From positions 1,444 to 65,443 of the forward strand of contig JAEUJM010000026.1 in assembly GCA_016794585.1 (NCBI GenBank): a stretch of 64,000 nt of DNA, given 5' to 3'. The position numbers were made by a program, and so were the translations under genes. Below, piece by piece: positions 54,189 to 63,684 of the stretch. Positions within the stretch are counted from its first letter, which is position 1; each line of letters begins with the position of its first letter. This DNA is from Acidimicrobiales bacterium (GTDB lineage: Bacteria; Actinomycetota; Acidimicrobiia; Acidimicrobiales; DATDAH01). The notes below the pieces were generated by a model. It had not been told where the DNA came from and did not search any database. It saw only the letters and a list, made by a program, of their open reading frames with translations.

Positions 54189-54959
54189 ATGGATCCACAG
54201 GGACGTGCAGCGATCGTCACCGGCGGCGCCGGTGGGCTCGGGGGCGCCACCGTGCGCCACCTGGCCGAGGTGGGCTACGGCGTGGTCGTGTTCGACCGCG
54301 ACGCCGAGCGGGCGGAGGCACTGGCCACCGAGCTCGGCGACCGGGCCCGGTTCGCCACCGGCGACGTGAACGACGACGACGCCGTCGCCGGGGCCATCGC
54401 CGCCGGTGGCGAGCTCGGCACCCTCTCACTGGTGGTCAACGTCGCCGGCGGCGGGGTCGGTGGGGGCCGCACGGTCGGCCGTGACGGCACCCCCCACGAC
54501 AAGGCCAGCTTCACCGGCACGATGGAGATGAACGCGTTCGGCACCTTCAACGTGTCCCGCCTGGCGGCCGCGGCCATGGCCGCCAACGAGCCCACCGAAG
54601 AGGGCGAGCGCGGCGTCATCGTCAACACCGCGTCCATCGCCGGCATGGAGGGTCAGACCGGCCAGTTGGCCTACGGCACCGCCAAGGCCGCCATCCTCGG
54701 CATGACCCTGCCCATGGCCCGTGACCTCTCGCCCCTCGGCATCCGGGTGTGCGCCATCGCCCCCGGCACCATGGGCACCCCGCTGATGTTGAGCGTCCCC
54801 GAGCAGATGCGCGAGAAGCTGGAGGAGGGCATCCAGTTCCCGAAGCGCATGGGCAAGCCCGAGGAGTTCGCCCTCCTCGTCGAGTCCATCGCCCGCAACC
54901 CCTACCTCAACGGCGAGAACATCCGCCTCGACGGCGCCCTGCGCTTCCCGCCGAAGTAG
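54189..54959 (+). CDS. SDR, 3-hydroxyacyl-CoA dehydrogenase type-2 (HSD10-like)
   Basis: ATG after GGGGGAAGGGAA. '[15 protein letters not shown]', 'NTASIAG' and 'YGTAKAA'. Confidence 0.8.
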   Translation: MDPQGRAAIVTGGAGGLGGATVRHLAEVGYGVVVFDRDAERAEALATELGDRARFATGDVNDDDAVAGAIAAGGELGTLSLVVNVAGGGVGGGRTVGRDGTPHDKASFTGTMEMNAFGTFNVSRLAAAAMAANEPTEEGERGVIVNTASIAGMEGQTGQLAYGTAKAAILGMTLPMARDLSPLGIRVCAIAPGTMGTPLMLSVPEQMREKLEEGIQFPKRMGKPEEFALLVESIARNPYLNGENIRLDGALRFPPK

Positions 54960-54967
54960 GCACGGCC

Positions 54968-55798
54968 GTGCTGAAGGTCGACCACCTCGTCGCCGGCCTC
55001 GCCCTCGAGCCGACCGGCCCCGACCGCTACCGCGCCCCCGAGGTCGAGACCGGCCACGAGGTCATCTTCGGCGGCCAGTTGCTGGCCCAGTCGCTGGTGG
55101 CGGCCTCGATCGGCCACGAGGGCAAGCGGGCCAAGACCATCCACACCGTGTTCGCCCGGGGTGCGGCGCCGGGCACACCCCTGGACGTCGCGGTCGAGAC
55201 GATGCACGGGGGTCGCGCCTTCGCCAGCAGCACCGTGACCATCAGCCAGGGCGACCGCCTCTGCACCCGCTCGCTGGTGCTGCTCACCGCCGACGAGCCC
55301 GACTTCATCCACCACGCCGACCCGGCCCCGACCGTGGGCGCACCACCGGAGACCCCCGCCTCGGGTGGCCCCGACGAGTGGCAGGTGCAGATCGTCGGCG
55401 ACGTCGACATCTCGGACCCCGAGCTCACGGGCCCGGCCGAGCTCGACGTCTGGACCCGCTTCCCCGGCGCCCCCGACGACCTGCTCACCGCGCAGGCGGT
55501 GCTGGCCTTCGCCTCGGACGGGTTCCTCATCGGCACGGCCATGCGCCCCCACGCCGGCGTCGGCCAGTCCCAGGCCCACGACACCCTGGCCACGGGCGTG
55601 GTCAGCCACACCCTCACCTTCCACGAGCCCTTCCCCGCCGACGACTGGCTGCTGCTCGCGCACCGCAGCCCCCACGCCGGCCACGGGCGCAGCTACGGCC
55701 GCGCCGACGTCTTCACCCCCGCCGGCGCCCTCGTGGCGTCCTACGTCCAGGACGCCATGTTGCGCCCCATGCCCGCCAAGGACCCGGGCCGTGGCTGA
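54968..55798 (+). CDS. acyl-CoA thioesterase II (TesB-like, double hot-dog)
   Basis: 'FGGQLLAQSLVAA', 'HTLTFHEP' and 'GRADVFTPAGALVASYVQDAM'. Confidence 0.8.
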   Translation: MLKVDHLVAGLALEPTGPDRYRAPEVETGHEVIFGGQLLAQSLVAASIGHEGKRAKTIHTVFARGAAPGTPLDVAVETMHGGRAFASSTVTISQGDRLCTRSLVLLTADEPDFIHHADPAPTVGAPPETPASGGPDEWQVQIVGDVDISDPELTGPAELDVWTRFPGAPDDLLTAQAVLAFASDGFLIGTAMRPHAGVGQSQAHDTLATGVVSHTLTFHEPFPADDWLLLAHRSPHAGHGRSYGRADVFTPAGALVASYVQDAMLRPMPAKDPGRG

Positions 55799-55800
55799 CG

Positions 55801-55885
55801 GGCGCCCCACTCCGGACGTTCTGGCACCGGATTTCGGTGCCAGAACGCGCCCTCTCCTCGCAAAGGACCCGAACCGTGGCTGACG
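55801..55885. repeat. 85-bp insert: 62-nt core with 13-bp-stem hairpin plus the second copy of a 23-nt junction duplication
   Basis: Direct repeats at 55778..55800 and 55863..55885 (21/23 identical). Hairpin CGTTCTGGCACCG-gattt-CGGTGCCAGAACG at 55817..55847. Confidence 0.8.
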
Positions 55886-57054
55886 CCGTCATCGTCTCGA
55901 CCGCCCGCACCGCCATCGGCACCGCCTTCAAGGGCTCGCTGAACGACGTCGACGGGCTCGAGCTCGCCACCAAGGCGGTCGCCGAGGCGGTGGCCCGCTC
56001 GGGCATCGATCCCACCCGGGTCGACGACATCGTCCTCGGGGAGGCCCTCTACGGCGGCGGTGACCTCGCCCGCTACGCCGCCACCGAGCTGGGCATGGAC
56101 AACGTCCCCGGCGTGGCCCACAACCGCCACTGCGCCTCCGGCCTCGCCGCGGTCGCCACCGCTGCCGGCACGATCCGCTCGGACATGGACCGCATCGTGG
56201 TCGCCGGCGGCGTCCAGGCGTCGTCCACCTCGCCCCGGTCCATGCGGCGCGTGCCGGGCACCGACGACTGGGACGAGTGGATGTCGCCCACCCACCGCAA
56301 CACCCCCGAGGCCCCCAACCTCGACATGTCCATCACTGTGGGCTGGAACGCCGCGGTGGAGGCCGGCCTCACCCGGGAGGACCTCGACGCCTGGGCCCTG
56401 CGCTCGCACCAGCGGGCCGTCGCCGGCATCGACAGCGGCGCCTTCGCGGAGGAGATCTTCCCGATCGAGGTGACCCGGCGTGACGGCACCACCTCCACCT
56501 TCGAGGTCGACGAGCACCCCCGCCGGGACACCAGCGCCGAGCGCCTCGCCGGCCTGAAGGTGCTGCACCCCGAGATCGAGGGCTTCAGCATCACCGCCGG
56601 CAACGCCGCCGGCATGAACGACGGCGCCGCCGCTCTCGTGCTCGCCGCCGGCGACCTGGCCGAGGCCGAGGGCCTCGAGGCCCTCGCCACCATCCGCTCC
56701 TGGGCGTCGGTCGGCGTTGCCCCGGCCCGCACGGGGATGGCCCCCATCGACGCCATCCCGAAGGCCCTCGACCGGGCCGGCCTGACCGTCGCCGACGTCG
56801 ACCTCTTCGAGATCAACGAGGCCTTCGCCTCGGTTCCCGTCGCCACCTGCAAGGCCCTCGGCCTCGACGAGGACATCGTCAACGTCCTCGGCAGCGGCTG
56901 CAGCCTCGGCCACCCGATCGCCATGACCGGTGCCCGCATGATCATCACCATGGTCCACGAGCTGCGCCGCCGGGGTGGCGGCACCGGCGTGGCCGCCATG
57001 TGCGCCGGCGGCGGCATGGGCAGCGCCGTCGTGTTCGACGTCGCCGCGCCCTGA
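55876..57054 (+). CDS. acetyl-CoA C-acyltransferase (thiolase I/II type)
   Basis: GTG 55876. 'VIVSTARTAIGTAFKGSL', 'NRHCASGL' (Cys nucleophile) and 'GCSLGHPIAMTGAR...CAGGGMG'. Confidence 0.85.
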   Translation: MADAVIVSTARTAIGTAFKGSLNDVDGLELATKAVAEAVARSGIDPTRVDDIVLGEALYGGGDLARYAATELGMDNVPGVAHNRHCASGLAAVATAAGTIRSDMDRIVVAGGVQASSTSPRSMRRVPGTDDWDEWMSPTHRNTPEAPNLDMSITVGWNAAVEAGLTREDLDAWALRSHQRAVAGIDSGAFAEEIFPIEVTRRDGTTSTFEVDEHPRRDTSAERLAGLKVLHPEIEGFSITAGNAAGMNDGAAALVLAAGDLAEAEGLEALATIRSWASVGVAPARTGMAPIDAIPKALDRAGLTVADVDLFEINEAFASVPVATCKALGLDEDIVNVLGSGCSLGHPIAMTGARMIITMVHELRRRGGGTGVAAMCAGGGMGSAVVFDVAAP

Positions 57055-57083
57055 CCCGCCGTCCGCACCCGACACCAACGACC

Positions 57084-57128
57084 GAGCCACGACCCACCGA
57101 GCCACGACCCACAGAGCCACGACCGACC
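57084..57128. repeat. 15-bp tandem repeat x3 (GAGCCACGACCCA-NN) inside a T-depleted spacer
   Basis: Copies start at 57084, 57099 and 57114. The spacer 57055..57263 contains only 4 T in 209 nt on the + strand. Confidence 0.8.
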
Positions 57129-57263
57129 GACGAGCACCGAACCACCGAAACGGCCCGACGCAGCGGCCGAGGCTCCCGGCCCTGGCGCCACGAGCACCAC
57201 CGATCGAACCGCAGCACGCACACCGACCGACCGAACGAACGCACGAACCGAGGGGGACGCCCG

Positions 57264-58739
57264 ATGGGCTACGAGGACCGACTGCTGATCGACGGCGAGC
57301 TGGTGGCGGCCGAGGGCGGCCGCACCTTCGCCACCCTGGACCCGGCGACCGGCCAGGTCATCTGCGAGCCGGCCGACGCGTCGGTCGCCGACGCCGACCG
57401 CGCCATCGGCGCCGCCCGCCGGGCCTTCGACGACACGGACTGGGCGGGCAACCGCGAGCTGCGCCTGCGTTGCCTGCGCCAGCTCCACGAGGCCCTCGTG
57501 GCCCAGGCCGAGGAGCTGCGCCCGCTGATCGTCGCCGACGTGGGCGCCCCCGTCATGCTCACCCACGACGGGCCCCAGCAGGACACCCCGGTGGCGATGA
57601 TCAACTGGTACGCCGACCTGCTCGAGCGCTACGAGTTCACCGAGGACCTCGGCACCGCGCTCGTCCGGGGCGCCGACCACCGCCGCTGGGTCGAGCGCGA
57701 GCCGGTGGGCGTGGCCGCCGCGATCGTCCCGTACAACTACCCGCTGCAGATCACGCTGGCGAAGCTCGTCCCCGCCCTCGCCGCGGGCTGCACCGTGGTG
57801 TGCAAGGGCGCCCCGCAGACCCCGCTGGTCACGAACTTCCTGGGCCGCCTCATCGCCGAGCACACCGACATCCCCGCCGGCGTCGTCAACATGATCACCG
57901 ACTCGGGCACCGACGTCGCCGTCGCCCAGTCGCTCACCACCGACCCCCGGGTCGACATGGTCACCTTCACCGGCTCCACCCCGACCGGCCGGCGCATCAT
58001 GGCCGCGGCCAGCGCCACCGTGAAGAAGGTGTTCCTCGAGCTCGGCGGCAAGTCCGCCTTCATCGTCCTCGACGACGCCGACCTCGGCCTCTCGGCCATG
58101 CTCGCCGGCTTCACCATCTGCTCTCACGCCGGCCAGGGGTGTGCCATCACGACCCGCCTGCTCGTGCCGGCCTCGAAGTACGACGAGGCGGTCGAGCAGA
58201 CCGCGGCGATCATGGCCGGCGTCCCCTACGGCGACCCGACCGACCCGGGGATGATGATGGGCCCGCTCGTGAGCGAGGCCCAGCGCCAGAAGGTCGACGC
58301 CTACGTGCAGAGCGCGGTCGCCGAGGGCGGCCGGGTCGTGCTCGGCGGCAAGGTGCCCGAGCACCTGCCCGACGGCTTCTTCTACGAGCCCACCCTGATC
58401 GCCGGCGTCGGCCCCGACGCCAAGATCAACCAGGAGGAGGTCTTCGGGCCGGTCCTCACGGTGTTGGCGTACGACGGCGACGACGACGCCGTGGCCATCG
58501 CCAACGACTCGGTGTTCGGCCTGTCTGCCACCGTGGTCAGCAGCGACGACGACCACGCCACCGCGGTGGCCCGGCGCCTGCGCACCGGCACGGTCAGCGT
58601 CAACGGGGGCATGTGGTACGCCCCCGACTGCCCCTTCGGGGGCTACAAGCAGTCCGGCATCGGCCGGGAGATGGGGGTGGCCGGCTTCGAGGAGTACCTC
58701 GAGACCAAGACCCTCGCGATCCCGGTGGCGTCGGCGTGA
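57264..58739 (+). CDS. NAD(P)-dependent aldehyde dehydrogenase
   Basis: ATG after GAGGGGGA. 'FLELGGKSA' and 'HAGQGCAITTR' (catalytic Cys). Confidence 0.85.
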   Translation: MGYEDRLLIDGELVAAEGGRTFATLDPATGQVICEPADASVADADRAIGAARRAFDDTDWAGNRELRLRCLRQLHEALVAQAEELRPLIVADVGAPVMLTHDGPQQDTPVAMINWYADLLERYEFTEDLGTALVRGADHRRWVEREPVGVAAAIVPYNYPLQITLAKLVPALAAGCTVVCKGAPQTPLVTNFLGRLIAEHTDIPAGVVNMITDSGTDVAVAQSLTTDPRVDMVTFTGSTPTGRRIMAAASATVKKVFLELGGKSAFIVLDDADLGLSAMLAGFTICSHAGQGCAITTRLLVPASKYDEAVEQTAAIMAGVPYGDPTDPGMMMGPLVSEAQRQKVDAYVQSAVAEGGRVVLGGKVPEHLPDGFFYEPTLIAGVGPDAKINQEEVFGPVLTVLAYDGDDDAVAIANDSVFGLSATVVSSDDDHATAVARRLRTGTVSVNGGMWYAPDCPFGGYKQSGIGREMGVAGFEEYLETKTLAIPVASA

Positions 58740-58848
58740 GAGCAGGGCCGCGGCACGCCGCGGATGGGGAGCGACTACGCTCCGGCCCCAGTGAGTGCAA
58801 TGCTCTCACTGGGGAAGAACCACGTTTCCACTGGGGGAAGGAATCCAC

Positions 58849-60258
58849 ATGAGGTCCACGTCCACGAAGCGCTGGCGCTTCCTGATCGCCCTGCTCTGCG
58901 CCGGGACCCTCGTGGTCGCCGCATCGTGCAGCAACTCGGGCGACGACGAGTCCAGCAGCGACACCACCGAGGCCGACTCGGGCTCGACCGACACCACCGC
59001 GGCAGGCGGTGACGAGCCGGTCTCGGTCGACCAGCCCGGCGTGACCGACGAGGAGATCCGCTTCTCCGCCCTCGGCACCCAGGCCAACAACCCGCTCGGC
59101 ACCTGTGTGCTCGACTGCTACACCGACGGCATCCGGGCCTACTTCGCGTACAAGAACGCCGAGGGTGGCGTCCACGGCCGCGACCTCGTGCTCGACGACG
59201 GCGACATCCTCGACGACGAGCTGTCCAACAACCAGGCGCGCGCCCTCGAGATCATCTCGGACAACGACACCTTCGCCACGTTCAGCGCCACCCAGGTGGC
59301 CTCGGGATGGGGTGACCTCCACGAGGCCGGCATCCCGCTCTACGTCTGGCAGATCCACCCGGCCGAGACCGAGGGTCGGGAGGGCATCTTCGGCCAGCGC
59401 GAGACGGTGTGCATCGAGTGCACCTCGCGCGCGGTCGCCCTGCTCGCCCAGGAGGCGGAGGCCACCCAGGTGGCTGCCCTCGGCTACGGCGTGAGCGAGA
59501 ACTCCGCCCAGTGCGCGGAGGCGGCGGGCGAGACGATCGAGCTCTACGCCGACGACATCGGCGGGGACGTCGAGGTCGCCTACGTGAACAGCGATCTCGC
59601 CTTCGGCCTGCCGAACGGCATCGGCCCCGAGGTCACGGCGATGAAGAACGCCGGCGTGGACTTCGTCGTGGGCTGCATCGACCTCAACGGCATGAAGTCG
59701 CTGGCCCAGGAGATGGAGCGCCAGGGCATCAACGACGACGTCACGATGTACCACACCAACACCTACGACCAGGCCTTCGTGGCCGAGGCCGACCCGCTGT
59801 TCGAGGGCGACCTCATCGGGGCCCAGTTCCGGCCCTTCGAGGCCGAGTCGGCCGGCTCCAACCTCGACCTCTACCACGAGTGGATGGCCGAGACCGGCGC
59901 CGAGGAGTCCGAGCTGGCCATGGTCGGCTGGATCAACGCCGACGAGGCGGTCACCGGCCTCGAGCTGGCCGGTGCCGACTTCAGCCGGGAGAGCGTGATC
60001 GACGCCCTCAACGAGGTCACCGACTACACCGCCGGCGGCCTCGTGCCCGACATCGACTGGACCCGCCAGCACTCCGCTCCCACCCAGGACGATCTGGCCA
60101 CCCACGGGCCCGCCCTCGACTGCCTGGCCTTCGTCAAGGTGGTCGACGCCGAGTTCGAGGTGCAGGGCGACCCCGAGGCGCCCTGGCAGTGCTGGTCCGG
60201 CGAGAACCGGGACTGGTCCGACCCGGAGGCCACCAACTTCACCGCCGACGGCGAGTAG
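58849..60258 (+). CDS. Liv-type substrate-binding lipoprotein, orphan
   Basis: ATG 58849 after GGAAGG. Lipobox 'VAASC', D/S/T-rich linker, then 'IRFSALGTQ...NAEGGVHGRDLVL'. Confidence 0.75.
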   Translation: MRSTSTKRWRFLIALLCAGTLVVAASCSNSGDDESSSDTTEADSGSTDTTAAGGDEPVSVDQPGVTDEEIRFSALGTQANNPLGTCVLDCYTDGIRAYFAYKNAEGGVHGRDLVLDDGDILDDELSNNQARALEIISDNDTFATFSATQVASGWGDLHEAGIPLYVWQIHPAETEGREGIFGQRETVCIECTSRAVALLAQEAEATQVAALGYGVSENSAQCAEAAGETIELYADDIGGDVEVAYVNSDLAFGLPNGIGPEVTAMKNAGVDFVVGCIDLNGMKSLAQEMERQGINDDVTMYHTNTYDQAFVAEADPLFEGDLIGAQFRPFEAESAGSNLDLYHEWMAETGAEESELAMVGWINADEAVTGLELAGADFSRESVIDALNEVTDYTAGGLVPDIDWTRQHSAPTQDDLATHGPALDCLAFVKVVDAEFEVQGDPEAPWQCWSGENRDWSDPEATNFTADGE

Positions 60259-60282
60259 CCGCCGGCCGCAGATCCGGATGCA

Positions 60283-60312
60283 GCGGGGCGGCGCCTTCGG
60301 GCGCCGCCCCGC
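60283..60312 (+). terminator. 13-bp GC stem hairpin after the binding-protein gene
   Basis: GCGGGGCGGCGCC-ttcg-GGCGCCGCCCCGC, 24 nt after the stop. No U-tract. Confidence 0.55.
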
Positions 60313-60464
60313 TCGCGTCCGGCGGGCGCCCCGTCGCGCACGGGGTGCAATCGGACGCCGCCGCCGAGGCGGACGTCGAGTGGTCGGGTGGGAGATGACG
60401 GGGTCGCTACCTCCGTGGTGGTCGGGCGAGGGATGTGGACGTGGAACGAGAGGAATGAGGATCG

Positions 60465-61286
60465 ATGGCGAGTGACGTGATCGTGGTGGTCGGGGTCGGC
60501 GGGATGGGCGGGCCGCTCGCCCGTCGGCTCGGGCTGGGGCGGACGGTGCTCCTGGCCGACTTCTCCGCTGAGCTGCTCGCCGACACGGCGGCGGCGCTGG
60601 CGGGGGAGGGGCACGCCGTCGAGACCCGCGAGCTCGACGTGTCCGACGCCGCCTCCGTGGCGGCGCTGGCGGCCGCGGCCGACGGGCTGGGCCCGGTGCG
60701 CACGCTGGTCCACACCGCCGGCGTCTCACCGGTGCAGGCGCCCGCCGACCGCGTCATGGCGGTCGACCTGCTCGGCGCCGCGCTCGTCCTCGACGCCTTC
60801 GGCCCGGTGATGGTGCCGGGCGGCGCCGGTGTCGTGATCTCGTCCATGTCCGCGGCGCTGGTGGGCTCGCTCGGGGCCGAGGTCGAGGCCTCCATCGCCA
60901 CAACGCCGACCGCCGAGCTCCTGGCGATCCCCGCGGTGGCGGAGATGGCCGCCGGCGACCCCGGCTTCGCCTACGCCTTCGCCAAGCGAGCGGTGCAGAT
61001 CCTCGTGGCCAAGGCCAGCGTCCCGTGGGGTCGTCGTGGCGCCCGGGTCAACAGCATCAGCCCCGGGGTGATCGCCACGTCCATGGGCCAGGCCGAGCTC
61101 GACGGCCCCCACGGCGATGGCATGCGGGCCATGGTGGCCATGTCGGGCACCGCCCGTCTGGGGACCCCCGACGACATCGCCGCCGCCGCCGAGTTCCTGC
61201 TCTCCGAGCGGGCGTCGTTCATCACCGGCACGGATCTCCTCGTCGACGGCGGCGTGGTCGCCGCCGTCCGCACCCCCACCACCTGA
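60465..61286 (+). CDS. SDR family oxidoreductase
   Basis: 'VIVVVGVGGMGGPLA' and 'YAFAKRA'. Confidence 0.8.
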   Translation: MASDVIVVVGVGGMGGPLARRLGLGRTVLLADFSAELLADTAAALAGEGHAVETRELDVSDAASVAALAAAADGLGPVRTLVHTAGVSPVQAPADRVMAVDLLGAALVLDAFGPVMVPGGAGVVISSMSAALVGSLGAEVEASIATTPTAELLAIPAVAEMAAGDPGFAYAFAKRAVQILVAKASVPWGRRGARVNSISPGVIATSMGQAELDGPHGDGMRAMVAMSGTARLGTPDDIAAAAEFLLSERASFITGTDLLVDGGVVAAVRTPTT

Positions 61287-61346
61287 GTCGTTCTCGAGGC
61301 AATCGCGCGCGGTGGGCGCGCGTCATTGCCTCGGGTTCGGCGTCGC

Positions 61347-62717
61347 TCAGCCTCGGAGGGCGGCGTCGGGGCGGGCGATGCCGAGGTTCTCGCGGAGCGT
61401 GGCGCCCGTGTACTCGGTGCGGAAGACGCCGCGGCGCTGGAGCTCGGGGACCACGAGGCGCACCATGTCCTCGTAGGCGCCGGGGGTGTGGGTGGCGGCG
61501 ATGACGAAGCCGTCGCAGGCGCCGCCGTCGAACCACTCGTGCATCTGATCGGCCACCTCGGTGGCGGTGCCCACGAAGCGGGGGCCCTGGAGCAGAGTGG
61601 CCCGGTGGCCGGCGAGGTCGCGGAGGGTGATGGTGTCGCCGCCGATGTGCTGGCGCAGGTTCTGCACGAGGCCCCGGATGCCCGACACCGAGGCGATGAG
61701 CTCGTCGGTGATGGGATCGTCGAGGCCCATGTCCGAGAAGTCGTGGTTCATGAGCTCGGAGAGCAGTGTCAGCGAGGCGATCGGGTCGACGAGGTCGTTC
61801 AGGAAGTGCTGCTCGCGCTCGAGGGCCTGGCCGTGGGACTCGCCCACCACCGTGTACACCATCGGGCACATCTTCACGGACTGCGGGTCGCGCCCCGTGG
61901 CGCCGATGCGCTCCTTCTGGTCGGCGTAGTGGGCCTTGGCGATGTCGATGTCGGGGTCGCCCATGAAGATGAGCTCGGCCCAGCGGGCGGCGAAGTCCCG
62001 ACCCCGGCCCGAGGAGCCCGCCTGGAGCAGCACTGGCCGGCCTTGCGGGCCGCGGGGCACGGTGAGCGGACCCCGGGTGGAGTACCACGTACCGTCGTAG
62101 TCGAGCTCGTGGACCTTGTCGGGGTCGGCGAAGTAGCCGGCCTCTCGGTCGAGGACGAGGGCGTCGTCCTCCCAGGTGTCCCACAGCCCGGTGGTGGCCT
62201 CGAGGAACTCGTCGGCCCGGTCGTAGCGCTCGTCATGGGCGATGTGCTCGCGCAGGCCGTAGTTCTGGGCCTCGCTGTCGTTGACCGAGGTGACCACGTT
62301 CCACGCGGCGCGGCCGTTGGTGAGGTGGTCGAGGGTGGCGAAGGTCCGGGCCACGTGGAAGGGGGAGTAGTAGGTCGTGGAGTAGGTGGCGCCGAGGCCG
62401 ATCGACCGGGTGGCGCCGGCGATGATGCCGAGCACGACCGAGAGGTCGAGCTTCACCGGCCGGGCGCCGACGCGGACCGCCTCGGCCACCGAGCCGGCGT
62501 AGATGCCGGGCATGGCCAGGCGGTCGTCGAAGAACATGACGTCGAAGCAGCCCTCTTCGAGGGTGCGGCCGAGCTTCTGGTAGTAGCTCGCGTCGAGGAA
62601 GCCGTGCTCGGTGGAGGCGTGGCGCCACGAGCCGGCGTACACCGTCGAGCTGCCCGCCTGCATGAAGCCGACCAGCGCCATCTGCCGCTTGGCGCTGGTG
62701 GTGGTGGCGTTGCCCAT
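61347..62717 (-). CDS. LLM-class flavin-dependent monooxygenase, NtaA/SnaA/DszA subfamily
   Basis: 'FDVMFFDDRLA', 'TLDHLTNGRAAWNVVTS' and a length of ~456 aa. Confidence 0.85.
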   Translation of the reverse strand: MGNATTTSAKRQMALVGFMQAGSSTVYAGSWRHASTEHGFLDASYYQKLGRTLEEGCFDVMFFDDRLAMPGIYAGSVAEAVRVGARPVKLDLSVVLGIIAGATRSIGLGATYSTTYYSPFHVARTFATLDHLTNGRAAWNVVTSVNDSEAQNYGLREHIAHDERYDRADEFLEATTGLWDTWEDDALVLDREAGYFADPDKVHELDYDGTWYSTRGPLTVPRGPQGRPVLLQAGSSGRGRDFAARWAELIFMGDPDIDIAKAHYADQKERIGATGRDPQSVKMCPMVYTVVGESHGQALEREQHFLNDLVDPIASLTLLSELMNHDFSDMGLDDPITDELIASVSGIRGLVQNLRQHIGGDTITLRDLAGHRATLLQGPRFVGTATEVADQMHEWFDGGACDGFVIAATHTPGAYEDMVRLVVPELQRRGVFRTEYTGATLRENLGIARPDAALRG

Positions 62718-62889
62718 CGTCCCCTCCCGACTGGGTGAGAACGGCGCTCTCGCCCAGGTAGAGTGGCACTATACACCCCCGGCTGGCAGCCTCACCACGG
62801 TCGCCGACCCCACCACCACCGATCGCCGTGAGCTTCGCCGACCTTGGGAAAGGCGCGGGCCCGCCCCGCCGAGCTGCGGGGGCCGCTCG

Positions 62890-63603
62890 CTAGGCGCGGA
62901 TGCCGAGGAAGACCATGTCCCACGCCTCGGCGGCGGCATCGGCGTCCTCGCGGACCGGCGTGCCGCTGATGGTCAGCGAGAACGCGGTGAAGCTGATGGC
63001 CTGGATGACGATGCCGGCGATCTGGCGGTGGGGGATGCCCTCGCGGAGCTTGCCCGCCGCGGCCGCCTCGTCCATGAGCTCCTCGAGGAGGCCCACCAGC
63101 GGGACGTAGGCCCGCGACGCCTCTTTGGGGTGGCCGGTGAGCAGCTGCTGGGCGAACTCGGCCATCACCGGCGCGGGGACCTGCGTGGGCACCTTCTTCG
63201 GCGCTTTGCCTTTGGGCACCGGACGGCACAGGTCGTAGTACTCGGTGACGAAGCGCTCGAGACGGGCGAGCGGCTCGGTCTCCTCGTCGACCTTGGTGCG
63301 CAGGAGCACGGCGGTGCTGCGCACGGACTCCTCGAACAGCGCCAGCAGCAACTCGTACTTGCCGGCGAAGTACTGGTAGAAGCTGCGCAGCGACTGGCCG
63401 GAGCGCTCGACGACCTCCTGGACCGTGAACTCCTTGTCGTGGTCCTCGGCCATGAGCTCGATGGCGGCGTCGAGGAAGCGCTGCACGCGTGCCTCGGCCC
63501 GCACCCGGGCGGGATCGAGGGAGCGGGCCACCGCTTGCTCACGCCAGGTGGGGGTCTCGTCACCGCCGGCGTCGCCCACCGTCTCGTCCGCGCTCATGGG
63601 CAC
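62890..63603 (-). CDS. TetR/AcrR family transcriptional regulator
   Basis: HTH 'FTVQEVVERSGQSLRSFYQYFAGKYELL'. Start is GTG 63603 or ATG 63597. Confidence 0.85.
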   Translation of the reverse strand: MPMSADETVGDAGGDETPTWREQAVARSLDPARVRAEARVQRFLDAAIELMAEDHDKEFTVQEVVERSGQSLRSFYQYFAGKYELLLALFEESVRSTAVLLRTKVDEETEPLARLERFVTEYYDLCRPVPKGKAPKKVPTQVPAPVMAEFAQQLLTGHPKEASRAYVPLVGLLEELMDEAAAAGKLREGIPHRQIAGIVIQAISFTAFSLTISGTPVREDADAAAEAWDMVFLGIRA

Positions 63604-63613
63604 AGAAGGTACT

Positions 63614-63684
63614 ACTCACCAGCGAGAAGAACGATCTTCTCCAAGTGAGTGAACGCTCGCAATCGGGTGAGAACTGCCTTCTCA
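63614..63684. promoter_or_regulatory. two palindromes with shared GAGAA/TTCTC half-sites upstream of the TetR gene
   Basis: ACTCAC-cagc-GAGAAGA-acga-TCTTCTC-caa-GTGAGT at 63614..63650, and TGAGAA-ctgcc-TTCTCA at 63668..63684. Confidence 0.5.

Noticed and set aside
57000-57263. N-terminal extension of the aldehyde dehydrogenase through the TEPRP x3 repeat
   Set aside because: The extension would start inside the thiolase gene and has A-ending codons atypical for this genome. A good RBS (GAGGGGGA) precedes ATG 57264, where homology to ALDH N-termini begins.
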